A stretch of 64,000 nucleotides of DNA. Source: an uncultured Clostridia bacterium (lineage in GTDB: Bacteria; Bacillota; Clostridia; TANB77; CAG-508). Within the stretch, counting starts at the first letter, position 1. Each line of letters starts with the position of its first letter. Below the pieces are notes generated by a model. The model was not told the DNA's origin and ran no database searches. It worked only from the letters and a program-made list of their open reading frames with translations. The translations under genes were made by a program, and so were the position numbers. The DNA is taken from contig CAKPCL010000003.1 of NCBI GenBank assembly GCA_934141605.1, positions 6,851-70,850 on the forward strand, in the 5' to 3' direction. This document shows positions 1 to 9,418 of the stretch, one piece after another.

Positions 1-1914
1 CCTTGGTATTTGGTCCATTGGTCCAGGTCTATATAATGAAACACCTGCTATTAAATCTTCCAAGCAGTCTGGTTTCAATTCTTTCATAAAGTTTGTCATA
101 CCTTGTGATTCAAATTGGAATATTCCGGATGTGTTTCCATCTTGCCATAATTTATATACCTTTGGGTCTGACATATCTTGGTCAAACTCTACATCTACTC
201 CATGATTTTCTTTTATCATATCTATTGTGTTTTGAATAACTGTTAAGTTTCTTAATCCCAAAAAGTCCATTTTTAAAAGTCCTAATTCTTCAAGTGTTGT
301 CATTATGTATTGAGTGTTGATTTGTCCATCTCTTACATAAAGTGGTACATAGGTATCTACTGGGTCTTTTGTTATAACAACTCCACATGCGTGTGTTGAT
401 GCCTGCCTTGGCATTCCTTCTAATGCCATAGCTATATCTAAAATTTTTCTTACTTGTTCATCATTTTCATATTTTTCTTTTAATTCCTTGTTTTGTTCTA
501 AAGCTTTTGATATTGTAATATGAATTTCATTTGGTATCATTTTAGCCAGTTGGTCTGCTTCTGAATATGGATAGTCTAGAACTCTTGCTACATCTCTTAT
601 TACCATTTTTGCTGCCATTGTTCCAAAGGTGATTATTTGTGATACATGGTCATGTCCATATTTTCTTGCTACATAATCTATAACTTCTTGTCTTCTTTCA
701 TCTGAAAAATCAACATCGAAATCAGGCATACTGATTCTTTCAGGATTTAAAAATCTTTCAAATAGTAGTCCATACTTTATTGGGTCTATGTCTGTTATTT
801 CAATTGCATATGCCAAAATAGAACCTGCACCTGAACCTCTTCCTGGTCCTACTGGTATTCCATGTGTTTTAGCATAATGTATAAAGTCCCACACTATTAA
901 ATAATAATCTACATATCCCATTTTTTTGATTATGCCTAATTCATACTCTGCTCTTTTTTGTATTTCTTCTGATAAATTTTTTCCATATCTTTTTTCTAGA
1001 CCTTTATCACATAATTCTTTCAAAAAATCATAATGTGTTGGATATTCTGGTGGAACATCATAATTTGGTAGTATTGTATGTCCAAATTCAAATTCTACAT
1101 TACATTTTTCTGCTATTTTTACTGTGTTTTCTATCGCATCTGGAAACGCTTTAAAATATTCTGACATTTCTTTTGGTGATTTTACATATAATTCTTCTGT
1201 ATCAAATTTCATCCTGTCTTCATCACTCATTCTTTTTCCTGTTTGAATACATAATAAAACTTCATGATTGTACGCATCTTCTCTTTTTAAATAGTGTGCA
1301 TCATTTGTTGCAACTAATGGAATATCTAATTTTCTTGCTAGTTGAACAAGTTTCTGATTTGCTAAAACTTGCTCTCTAATACCATTATTTTGGATTTCTA
1401 TATAATAGTCATCTCCAAAAACTTCTTTATGCCATAAAGCTATTTGCTCCGCTTTTTCTGTATCTCCATTTAAAAGAGCCTGATTTACCTCTCCTGCTAG
1501 ACATGCACTTAAACAAATTATTCCTTTGCTATATTGTTTAAGAATATCATGGTCAATACGAGGCTTATAATAATATCCATCAACAAATCCTAATGAAACC
1601 AGCTTACTTAAATTTTTATACCCTTCATTATCTTTTGCCAATAATATCAAATGATAATAATGATTATCTATTCCCGGTTCTCTATCAAATCTTGTACGAG
1701 GTGCAACATATACTTCACAGCCAATTATCGGTTTTACACCTTCTTTTTTACATGCCTTATAAAAGTCAATAACCCCAAACATGGCCCCATGATCCGTTAT
1801 TGCTATTGAATCCATTCCTAATTCTTTTGCTCTTACTGGTAAATCTTTTATTCTATTTGCTCCATCTAATAAGCTAAATTCGCTGTGTATGTGTAAGTGT
1901 ACAAATTTTGACAT
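1..1914 (-). CDS. dnaE: DNA polymerase III alpha subunit DnaE, N-terminal ~638 codons; gene continues past the left edge
   Basis: Not in the ORF track because it is open at the window edge. Hand translation from ATG (1914..1912, GGAGG RBS upstream): MSKFVHLHIHSEFSLLDGANRIKDLPVRAKELGMDSIAITDHGAMFG (PHP domain) ... QDGNTSGIFQFESQGM. Confidence 0.9.
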   Translation of the reverse strand, partial: MSKFVHLHIHSEFSLLDGANRIKDLPVRAKELGMDSIAITDHGAMFGVIDFYKACKKEGVKPIIGCEVYVAPRTRFDREPGIDNHYYHLILLAKDNEGYKNLSKLVSLGFVDGYYYKPRIDHDILKQYSKGIICLSACLAGEVNQALLNGDTEKAEQIALWHKEVFGDDYYIEIQNNGIREQVLANQKLVQLARKLDIPLVATNDAHYLKREDAYNHEVLLCIQTGKRMSDEDRMKFDTEELYVKSPKEMSEYFKAFPDAIENTVKIAEKCNVEFEFGHTILPNYDVPPEYPTHYDFLKELCDKGLEKRYGKNLSEEIQKRAEYELGIIKKMGYVDYYLIVWDFIHYAKTHGIPVGPGRGSGAGSILAYAIEITDIDPIKYGLLFERFLNPERISMPDFDVDFSDERRQEVIDYVARKYGHDHVSQIITFGTMAAKMVIRDVARVLDYPYSEADQLAKMIPNEIHITISKALEQNKELKEKYENDEQVRKILDIAMALEGMPRQASTHACGVVITKDPVDTYVPLYVRDGQINTQYIMTTLEELGLLKMDFLGLRNLTVIQNTIDMIKENHGVDVEFDQDMSDPKVYKLWQDGNTSGIFQFESQGMTNFMKELKPDCLEDLIAGVSLYRPGPMDQIPR

Positions 1915-1928
1915 TTTTTCCTCCATTT

Positions 1929-1989
1929 TGTCCAAACGGGACGGTTCTATTTGGACATTTTGTCCATCTGGGACGGTTCTGTTTGGACA
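1929..1989 (+). repeat. Dispersed palindromic element, two tandem units (family TGTCCAAA-N13-TTTGGACA)
   Basis: tgtccaaacgggacggttctatttggaca-ttt-tgtccatctgggacggttctgtttggaca. Each unit has 8-bp inverted arms around a GGGACGGTTCT core. Lies between the upstream stop (1990) and the dnaE start (1914). Confidence 0.9.
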
Positions 1990-2943
1990 TTAAATTTCTT
2001 TTTTTAGTGTTTTAACAATTGCTTCTTCTGCAAATTTATTGTCATATTTTCTATTTTTTGTTTTTATTACTTTTTCTATTATATCTTCTATTTTGTTCAT
2101 ATTATCGCAAAATCTTATATATTCTAATTTTTCAAGCCATTTGTATGATTCTATTATTTTATGATTAAAGTTTCCAAACACTACACATGGTGTTTCTGTA
2201 ATTGCTGCAAAAATCATTCCATGCAATCTATCTGTTATAACTATTTGAGAAGTCTGAAATTGCTTAAATTTATTATCTAGTATTTCTTCTCTCTTTTTTC
2301 CACCTATATTTATAATTCCACTTCCTAAGTTCATGTCTGATATTGTATATTTTTCAAATTTTGTTTTTACTATTTCTTTTATTTTTTCTATACTTTCATT
2401 TTCTAGTGTTTTTTCTTTATCGGTCCTAAATAATAATAATGCTCCTTTTCTGTCTAAATCTATACTTTTGTTTAAGGTCATTACCATATCTGGTGTCAAA
2501 TATATTTTACAATTATAAAAATTTTTCTTCATAAATTCATATGATTTCTCTTCTCTTGCAAATATAATTAAATTTTTATGATTATTATATATTTCTTTTG
2601 ATTTTTCTAATTGCTTTTGTCCTTCTATAGTATCTGAAAAATATGCCGTTTGTGGAAAAATAATTATTTTATTATTTGGAAAAGTTTTTATAACTTCTCT
2701 TCTTCCTTTCTCTGGTCTTTCATAAGTATCACCTATATTTCCACCACCATGTAACATAATGATATCTTGGTCTTTTATAATTTTTCTTACTTTTTTCACA
2801 CATATGTCTAAATATTTTTCTTGCATCATACATAATTCATATTGTGGAAAAAATTTTTTAATTAGTTCTTCCTCTGCTATTGCTATTGCATTGTCTCCTA
2901 TGTTTCCGTGATGTGGGATTCCCATAATGATTATTTTTTTCAT
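1990..2943 (-). CDS. Polysaccharide pyruvyl transferase family protein
   Basis: 317 aa. IMGIPHHGNIGDNAIAIAEE, MLHGGGNIGD and ITDRLHGMIFA motifs are typical of CsaB/EpsO-type pyruvyl transferases. Confidence 0.7.
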   Translation of the reverse strand: MKKIIIMGIPHHGNIGDNAIAIAEEELIKKFFPQYELCMMQEKYLDICVKKVRKIIKDQDIIMLHGGGNIGDTYERPEKGRREVIKTFPNNKIIIFPQTAYFSDTIEGQKQLEKSKEIYNNHKNLIIFAREEKSYEFMKKNFYNCKIYLTPDMVMTLNKSIDLDRKGALLLFRTDKEKTLENESIEKIKEIVKTKFEKYTISDMNLGSGIINIGGKKREEILDNKFKQFQTSQIVITDRLHGMIFAAITETPCVVFGNFNHKIIESYKWLEKLEYIRFCDNMNKIEDIIEKVIKTKNRKYDNKFAEEAIVKTLKKEI

Positions 2944-2955
2944 AGAATTCTCCTT

Positions 2956-4875
2956 CTATTTTATAATTTTTTCAATTTGTTTTGTATAATTTTTGTCATT
3001 AATACTTTCTGTATCATCTCCTCCAGAAACCTCATTTGTATATTTATTATTAATTTTTTCTTTTTTTGTTGCATTTCTTAAATACCATTCATATTCTATA
3101 TCAAAGTGTCCCATATCTAATGCTTGATATCCCTCTTTTGCTAAATCATATGCTAAAACTGTTGCAGTTGGTCCTAATGCTATTATTATCAATGTATCTT
3201 TTGATTCCTGTTTTAATGTATTTAAAATTTCATCATATTTTTTGAACGCATCTTCTGCTGGACATATTACTCTCCTTATGGATTTACATCCATCTAATAA
3301 GTCATTTCCAATGCCAACTCTTGTTTGCTCTCCTTCACATATAAGTACATCTCTATCTTTCCAAATTTCTTTCATTATTGAAAAATATATTCCTGCATTA
3401 CTTTTGTCTTTATATCTTATATATAATCTTGTTAAATTTGCTGTACAATATTCTCTATTTTTATCAATATATTTTAGCCAAGTATCTCTTGTTCTTTCCA
3501 TATTTTTAATCCAAAATGTTTCACTCTCTTCAGTTAAGTTATAAAATCCATTTATTACATCTGGTATACCTATCATGCAAAAATCTTGTTTGCTTGTTAA
3601 TATTTTCTCTAATCGTTTTGCGAGTTTTTCATCATGTTCTTGGAATTTTAGGTTTTTCCCTATTATTAAATCTAATTCTCCATCTCCAAAGCGCGAAATA
3701 GATTTTCTTTCATCTTTTATTTTTTTTAAAGAATTTTCAATATCTAATATATTAATTTTATTTTTTTCCATTTCTTCTTGTAATTTTTCTTTTCTATCAA
3801 GCATCTCTAGATTTATTGAATTATCGTCAATTTCTTTATATGTATTAACACTAGGTTTTGACATTTTTTCTTTTGCCTCCTTTGTCATTATTTTTCTTAT
3901 TTGAGATAAAATTTCACAATATTTTAAAGTTTGTGCATAGTCTTTATTAACAATAGATTCTATTATATATTGAACAGATTTTAAAATTGTTGGAACTTTT
4001 AGTTCATCACTTAATATATAAAACCATTTCATTTCATCTAATACATATATTCTTTCTTCAATTGTTAATAATTCTGAGTCTATAAATTTATATAATATGT
4101 AATTCATGCTTTTAGCATAAAAAAATCTATAAAAATCAATTTGATTATTTTCTTTAAAATTATTATATATCATCTTGTATGCTCTGTTTATCCCTAAAAA
4201 GTATTCTTTTGAGCAGCTTGAAGATATTGAATCTGATTCTCTTAATCTGTAATTATATACTATTTCAGGTGTGTAATATACTTTTTGGGCTTTTATAAAA
4301 CAATATGTTGTAAAAATAGCATCTTCTGCTGGAGTTTTTTCTACAAATTTTACTTTTATTGCGTCAAGAAATTCTTTTCTAAAAATTTTATTCCATACTC
4401 CTGAATTCATAACGTAAAAACATCTTGTTGGTTCTTTTATTGATACTTGCATTTTTTTATATTTGTTTATGTCAAATGCTGGCTTGTCCCATTTTGTATC
4501 ATCTTCATCCATATTTCTGTAATTTGCTATAACATAATCAGCATTTGTTTTTTCTATTTCTTTATATAGATTTTCACATGCATCTAGTTCAAATGTGTCA
4601 TCTGGGTCTATAAACATTATGTATTCTCCTGTTGCATTTTCTAATCCGGTATTTCTTGCACCTGATAGTCCTTTATTTTTTTGATTAACTAATTTAATTC
4701 TTGTATCATTTTTTATATATTTTTCACATATTTTTATTGACTTGTCTTTTGATTCGTCATTTATTAATATGATTTCTAAATTTTTATATGTTTGGTTTAC
4801 TATTGATTCCATTGCTTTATCTATATATTTTTCAACATTATATATTGGTACTATTATAGATATTTTTTTGTTCAT
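2956..4875 (-). CDS. Bifunctional glycosyltransferase: N-terminal GT2 (GT-A) plus C-terminal GT-D/DUF1792-like domain
   Basis: ISIIVPIYNVEKYIDKAMESIVNQTYKNLEIILINDES (GT2) and C-terminal SRFGDGELDLI...GPTATVLAYDLAKEGYQALDMGH (DUF1792-like). Start moved to MNKK (4875) because GAGGAG lies 6 nt upstream. Confidence 0.75.
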   Translation of the reverse strand: MNKKISIIVPIYNVEKYIDKAMESIVNQTYKNLEIILINDESKDKSIKICEKYIKNDTRIKLVNQKNKGLSGARNTGLENATGEYIMFIDPDDTFELDACENLYKEIEKTNADYVIANYRNMDEDDTKWDKPAFDINKYKKMQVSIKEPTRCFYVMNSGVWNKIFRKEFLDAIKVKFVEKTPAEDAIFTTYCFIKAQKVYYTPEIVYNYRLRESDSISSSCSKEYFLGINRAYKMIYNNFKENNQIDFYRFFYAKSMNYILYKFIDSELLTIEERIYVLDEMKWFYILSDELKVPTILKSVQYIIESIVNKDYAQTLKYCEILSQIRKIMTKEAKEKMSKPSVNTYKEIDDNSINLEMLDRKEKLQEEMEKNKINILDIENSLKKIKDERKSISRFGDGELDLIIGKNLKFQEHDEKLAKRLEKILTSKQDFCMIGIPDVINGFYNLTEESETFWIKNMERTRDTWLKYIDKNREYCTANLTRLYIRYKDKSNAGIYFSIMKEIWKDRDVLICEGEQTRVGIGNDLLDGCKSIRRVICPAEDAFKKYDEILNTLKQESKDTLIIIALGPTATVLAYDLAKEGYQALDMGHFDIEYEWYLRNATKKEKINNKYTNEVSGGDDTESINDKNYTKQIEKIIK

Positions 4876-4951
4876 GCCTATCTCCTCTTTCCTATTTTTC
4901 AACTAATTATATCATAAGATATATCATAAATTCAAGTAGATTATAATTAAT

Positions 4952-4985
4952 AAAAAAGAGAGCCTTCTTTGTTTGCAAGGTTCTC
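4952..4985 (-). terminator. Rho-independent terminator downstream of ORF 4995..5312
   Basis: Minus-strand stem gagaacctt/aaggctctc followed by TTTTTT. Confidence 0.6.
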
Positions 4986-4994
4986 TTTTAAGCA

Positions 4995-5312
4995 TTACTT
5001 AAGAGTACAATATCTGTCCAGTATAGACCAAACAATTTTGTGTCTCCGCTTAATTTTCAATACATTTGTTTCTTTGCCTATTTGGTAAAAAATCATAGGA
5101 ATATCCTGTGTTAAGTTATAATCCTTGCTTATAGAAATTTTATCTACACACGGAATAATATCTTCAACCATTTTAACAGAAATCTCATTGTCATCACCTG
5201 AATATCCCACAGCTAAACCTTTAAAAATGGAATACATTTTTTGGCGGTCTATCACCTTTTTATATTCTTTTCCTCCAGTTGTCCATTGAAAATTAATGCT
5301 TGTGTTTTTCAT
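4995..5312 (-). CDS. Hypothetical protein (105 aa); contains one of the very rare in-frame CGG codons
   Basis: Strong RBS (AAGGAGG), own sigma-A-like promoter and own terminator. No family recognised. In-frame CGG at 5048..5046. Confidence 0.55.
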   Translation of the reverse strand: MKNTSINFQWTTGGKEYKKVIDRQKMYSIFKGLAVGYSGDDNEISVKMVEDIIPCVDKISISKDYNLTQDIPMIFYQIGKETNVLKIKRRHKIVWSILDRYCTLK

Positions 5313-5416
5313 TTTTGCCTCCTTAAATAAATAAATAAATTTTCGTTTATTCAGAGGCTTTTGTTTTTATAGGCCTCCGAAATTTTTCGAAAGGTCTATT
5401 GCCTTTTGTGTTTCAA

Positions 5417-5445
5417 ATTATATCATGTTTTTTCTGATATTTCAA
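5417..5445 (-). promoter_or_regulatory. Sigma-A-type promoter (TTGAAA-17-TATAAT) for ORF 4995..5312
   Basis: Minus strand reads TTGAAAtatcagaaaaaacatgaTATAAT, about 105 nt upstream of the ATG. Confidence 0.55.
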
Positions 5446-5459
5446 TTGTTTGCTTAAAA

Positions 5460-6179
5460 CTATTTACAAAATCTATGTTTTCCTATAGTAACTGTCATTG
5501 GTCTAGACCAAATCCACTTATTAGTTGCTGTAGAAGGATTAAAATAATATATTGCACCATAACTTGGGTCCCAACCGTTTAAAGCATCTTGTGCTGCTTT
5601 TTTTGCAGTTGAGTTAGGTGTTAAGTTTATTTGTCCATCACTTACAACATCAAAGGCGCCTGATTGATATATTACTCCAGCTATTGTATTTGGGAATGAA
5701 CTACTTTTTACTCTATTCATTACAACAGCACCAACTGCAACCTGTCCAGTATATGGTTCACCTCTTGCTTCACCATATATTAATCTTGATAATAAGTTTA
5801 AATTGCTATTATAACTTGATGAAGAACTACTAGATGTACTAGAAGATGTTGTTATTCCCATTGCTTTTAAAGTTGCTGGGCCAGCTATTCCATCTGCTGT
5901 TAGTCCATTTTTCCTTTGAAAATATTTCACAGCATTTAATGTTTGTGTACCATATATTCCATCTATACTCCCTGTATAATATCCCCATCTTTTTAGTTTT
6001 GTTTGTATTTGTGTTACTTCTGAACCTCTTGAGCCATATTTTGATAATGTTTCTAATGTTAAATTTTTTTCTTCATATTTTATATATATATAAATTGTTC
6101 CTGTTAACATCATTCCAATTAAAAATATTACTGCCAACATTTTTATTATTTTATTTTTATTTTCTAACCTTTTAAACAT
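5460..6179 (-). CDS. sleB: Spore cortex-lytic enzyme SleB (TM anchor, PG-binding domain, SleB-type hydrolase domain)
   Basis: GSRGSEVTQIQTKLKRWGYYTGSIDGIYGTQTLNAVKYFQRKNGLTADGIAG (PG_binding_1) plus LLSRLIYGEARGEPYTGQVAVGAVVMNRV (Hydrolase_2). Confidence 0.85.
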   Translation of the reverse strand: MFKRLENKNKIIKMLAVIFLIGMMLTGTIYIYIKYEEKNLTLETLSKYGSRGSEVTQIQTKLKRWGYYTGSIDGIYGTQTLNAVKYFQRKNGLTADGIAGPATLKAMGITTSSSTSSSSSSSYNSNLNLLSRLIYGEARGEPYTGQVAVGAVVMNRVKSSSFPNTIAGVIYQSGAFDVVSDGQINLTPNSTAKKAAQDALNGWDPSYGAIYYFNPSTATNKWIWSRPMTVTIGKHRFCK

Positions 6180-6284
6180 AAAAAACCACCTATCAATAAA
6201 ATATTTTATTTTACTTTATTTTTATCAATATTTGGTTTTATTATACATTTTTATAAATATTTAATTAATACAAATTTTTATAAT

Positions 6285-7307
6285 TTAAGAACAATATCTA
6301 CATAAAATAGTTTCTACGCCAACCTGCAAATCGATTTTTCCATTTTTAAAATTGTAATCTAAATCACATAACTCTTGTAAAATATTTCTCAAATTTCGTT
6401 CAGTGAAATACTTTGATTGTACTTTATATTTTGTTGTTAGAAACATCTGATTTGGCTTTAAATTTAGGCTAGAAGCCAAATCTTTATTCATATTCAATGC
6501 CATTTTTGTTATATATAATTTTTTAAAATGGTTATATAATGTAACTAAAATCTTTGCCAAAGGCTCTTTAGCATAAATTAAATTTTGTAAAACTTGCAAA
6601 GCACTTGTTATATCTTTTTTACCCAAATCATCAGTCAAATCAAAAATAACGCTCTCCAGTTTTTTAATTGATAATTTGTCTATATCTTCTTTTTTTATAG
6701 TTCCGCCTTCTCCAACATATTCAATTAATTTTCTAATCTCATTTATTAAATCCTGCATATTAGTTCCGCAGCATTCAATAAAATATTTTATTGTTTGTGA
6801 ATCAATTTGAACTTTATATCCATTACAAATTGATTTAATCCTCTGCTCAATTTGAAGAGGCTTTTGAAAATCAAACTTACAAACAACTCCATTTTTTTCA
6901 ATAGCTTTATATATATCTGACTTGCTATCCGCTTCTTCTTCAACAAAAACTAAAACGACAGATTCATTTATAATTTTAATATTTTCTTCAATATATTGTG
7001 CTAGTTTATCCTTAAGTTTAGATAAATCCCCTGTTTTTCTCTTTGCATCTTTTCCAAATAACCCTGTGTTTCTAGCAATAATCAATTTTTTTTCATATCC
7101 AAAGCTAGGTGTTTCTATATCAGATATAATCTCTTGAACATTTTGTTCATCTATCAAAACATAATTTATACCTTTAACACATTCACCAAATAATAATTTG
7201 ATTTTCTTAAGATTGCTCTCTAATAAAAACAATTCTTCACCATACAAAAGATATAAACTATTTAAGTTTTTTAAATTTAATTCCTTTTCTAAATTTTCTA
7301 TTGTCAT
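6285..7307 (-). CDS. holA: DNA polymerase III delta subunit
   Basis: 340 aa. LYLLYGEELFLLE N-terminus and overall delta-subunit architecture. Confidence 0.8.
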   Translation of the reverse strand: MTIENLEKELNLKNLNSLYLLYGEELFLLESNLKKIKLLFGECVKGINYVLIDEQNVQEIISDIETPSFGYEKKLIIARNTGLFGKDAKRKTGDLSKLKDKLAQYIEENIKIINESVVLVFVEEEADSKSDIYKAIEKNGVVCKFDFQKPLQIEQRIKSICNGYKVQIDSQTIKYFIECCGTNMQDLINEIRKLIEYVGEGGTIKKEDIDKLSIKKLESVIFDLTDDLGKKDITSALQVLQNLIYAKEPLAKILVTLYNHFKKLYITKMALNMNKDLASSLNLKPNQMFLTTKYKVQSKYFTERNLRNILQELCDLDYNFKNGKIDLQVGVETILCRYCS

Positions 7308-7324
7308 TTTTTACTCCTTTGCCA

Positions 7325-7385
7325 TGTCCAAATGGGACGGTTCTATTTGGACAAAATGTCCAAACGGGACGGTTCTATTTGGACA
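7325..7385 (+). repeat. Dispersed palindromic element, two tandem units
   Basis: tgtccaaatgggacggttctatttggaca-aaa-tgtccaaacgggacggttctatttggaca. Between the debranching-enzyme 3' end (whose last codons MSK* come from the repeat) and the holA start. Confidence 0.9.
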
Positions 7386-9396
7386 TGCCCGCAACAATTC
7401 TTAATATTTCTGCTACACTCCAAGCTTGAGCTATTGCACCTTTGGGTTCATATGGTTTTATTGAATCATATATTTCAGCTATACTTCCTATACAGCCTCT
7501 TTGTGTAATTTCTTTTTCAAATGTTTTTACTGTTTTATTTATAAATTTTTCTAGTTTTTTGTTTAATTCTTCTTTGTAAGTCTTTCTTTTTTCTTCTTTA
7601 ATCATATTTTTAAGTGTATCATAATATAGTCCTAACAGCCATGTCCAAGTTATTCCTTGATGATAGCTCATATCTCTTTTAAAACTATTTCCTTCATATA
7701 TTTCTATATAATTTAGTTCTCCTTTTGCTAGTGTTTTTAAGCCATAATCGTTCAATAGTTTTTTTTCAACAACATTTAAGATGTTATATGCTTGCTCTGA
7801 AGCTGGATTAATGATAGGATATGTTAAGCTTAAACTGAATAATTGATTTGGTCTTATTTTGTTATCACCTAAAACATCATATAAACATTTTCTTCTTTTA
7901 TTATAAAACTTTTCATTAAAGGCTCTTTGACATTTTCTGGCCAAGTCTTTATATTTTTTTGCATGTGCTTTTTTTCCTAATTTTTCTGTTAGGTCCGCAA
8001 ATATCATTAAAGAATTATACCATAAGCTGTTTATTTCTACTGCTTTTCCATTTCTAGGAGTTACTGCAATATCATAGCATTTTGCGTCCATCCATGTATT
8101 TTGTGTATTTTCTGTGCCTGATGATATAAGATAATCTTTGTCTAAATAAATATTGTTATTGTCTATATTTGTTCCTATTATGTAAAATTCAATTATTTCT
8201 TCTAATTTTTTATATACATTTTCTTTTATAAAGTCATAGTCATTTGTATAATTTATATATTTTTGTATTTGTTCAAATAGCAATAATGAAGCATCTACAC
8301 TGTTATATAACGGAACATTATCTGCTTCTGAATATCCATTTGGAACTAATCCGCATTTTGTATTTTTTGTCATTGTCAAAATTACTTCTTTTGCTATATC
8401 ATATCTTTTAGTTTTTAATAACAATCCCTCAAAAGCAATTAAGCTATCTCTACCCCAGTCTAAGAACCATGGGTATCCTGCCATGATTGTATGTAATTCA
8501 AATGATGGTCTATATACAATGAATTGTTCAGTAGCTTTTATTAGTTCTTTTAATAATTCTGTTTTTGCATCTGATTCTTTTTCTATCAATTCTGTATTTT
8601 CTATAAGTTTATTTATTCTTTGTTCTTCACTTTCTAGTATGTGCGTTAGGTTTATTTCTTCTATGTTTTCTTCAAGACCACAAATAAATGATATTTCTTT
8701 TTCTTCATTTGGCTTTAGCTCTATTTCATACACACCTGTAACAATATGATTTTCCTTTGGGTAGAATCCTCTTTTTTCTTCTTCTATATAAAACATATCT
8801 CTAAATGTATCATTTTCATGTTTAATATATTTTCCTTCAGATAAATTCATGTATATGGGAAAATCATTTTTTTCATCTATTATTAATTTAACTTTTGTGC
8901 CTTTTATTGTTTGTTTTACATCAAAGACATGATTAGTATTCATTGAGTGAAAATCTCTAAAGTTAACTATTGGTGCAATTGTTAATTTTGATGGTTGATT
9001 ACTATTTTTAACTTTATAGTATACACCTACTATTTGTTTTCCATTTTCCATACAAATTGTTTTTGATATTTTAATTCCTTGGACTTCATAATTGTATGTT
9101 GGAAAGCAGTCTTTTTCAAATGAAACTTGATATTTAAATCCTTGTGAAATATAATTTTCTCCAATATTTGTATATAAATCATATTTGTTATTTTCTATTT
9201 GAATACTTTCATCTAATTTTGATAATATTAAATATCTTTTTGCTGGTGGTTCTAATGCTGTAACTAATATCCCATGATATTTTCTTGTATTAGCCCCAAT
9301 TATAGTAGAACTTGCAAACCCACCTAATCCATTTGTTATTAACCATTCTTTTTTTAAAGCATTTTCTAAATCTAAATCTTCTTTTGTAAACTTCAT
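7375..9396 (-). CDS. Glycogen debranching enzyme / amylo-alpha-1,6-glucosidase family
   Basis: 673 aa. WLITNGLGGFASSTIIGANTRKYHGILV N-terminal motif and a GDE C-terminal (alpha/alpha)6 region (GYPWFLDWGRDS). Confidence 0.8.
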   Translation of the reverse strand: MKFTKEDLDLENALKKEWLITNGLGGFASSTIIGANTRKYHGILVTALEPPAKRYLILSKLDESIQIENNKYDLYTNIGENYISQGFKYQVSFEKDCFPTYNYEVQGIKISKTICMENGKQIVGVYYKVKNSNQPSKLTIAPIVNFRDFHSMNTNHVFDVKQTIKGTKVKLIIDEKNDFPIYMNLSEGKYIKHENDTFRDMFYIEEEKRGFYPKENHIVTGVYEIELKPNEEKEISFICGLEENIEEINLTHILESEEQRINKLIENTELIEKESDAKTELLKELIKATEQFIVYRPSFELHTIMAGYPWFLDWGRDSLIAFEGLLLKTKRYDIAKEVILTMTKNTKCGLVPNGYSEADNVPLYNSVDASLLLFEQIQKYINYTNDYDFIKENVYKKLEEIIEFYIIGTNIDNNNIYLDKDYLISSGTENTQNTWMDAKCYDIAVTPRNGKAVEINSLWYNSLMIFADLTEKLGKKAHAKKYKDLARKCQRAFNEKFYNKRRKCLYDVLGDNKIRPNQLFSLSLTYPIINPASEQAYNILNVVEKKLLNDYGLKTLAKGELNYIEIYEGNSFKRDMSYHQGITWTWLLGLYYDTLKNMIKEEKRKTYKEELNKKLEKFINKTVKTFEKEITQRGCIGSIAEIYDSIKPYEPKGAIAQAWSVAEILRIVAGMSK

Positions 9397-9418
9397 TTTT
9401 TTCTCCTATTATGTGTTT

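Noticed and set aside
1929-1989. Could the TGTCCAAA..TTTGGACA units be CRISPR repeats?
   Set aside because: There are only two units per locus, separated by 2-4 nt rather than ~30-nt spacers. The units are scattered in both orientations and there are no cas genes. They behave like REP/BIME-type elements.
5313-5416. preQ1-type riboswitch in the leader (..ggaggcctataaaaacaaaagcctc..)
   Set aside because: The A-rich tract superficially resembles preQ1-I, but the stem order and conserved nucleotides do not fit. It is kept only as an unclassified structured leader.
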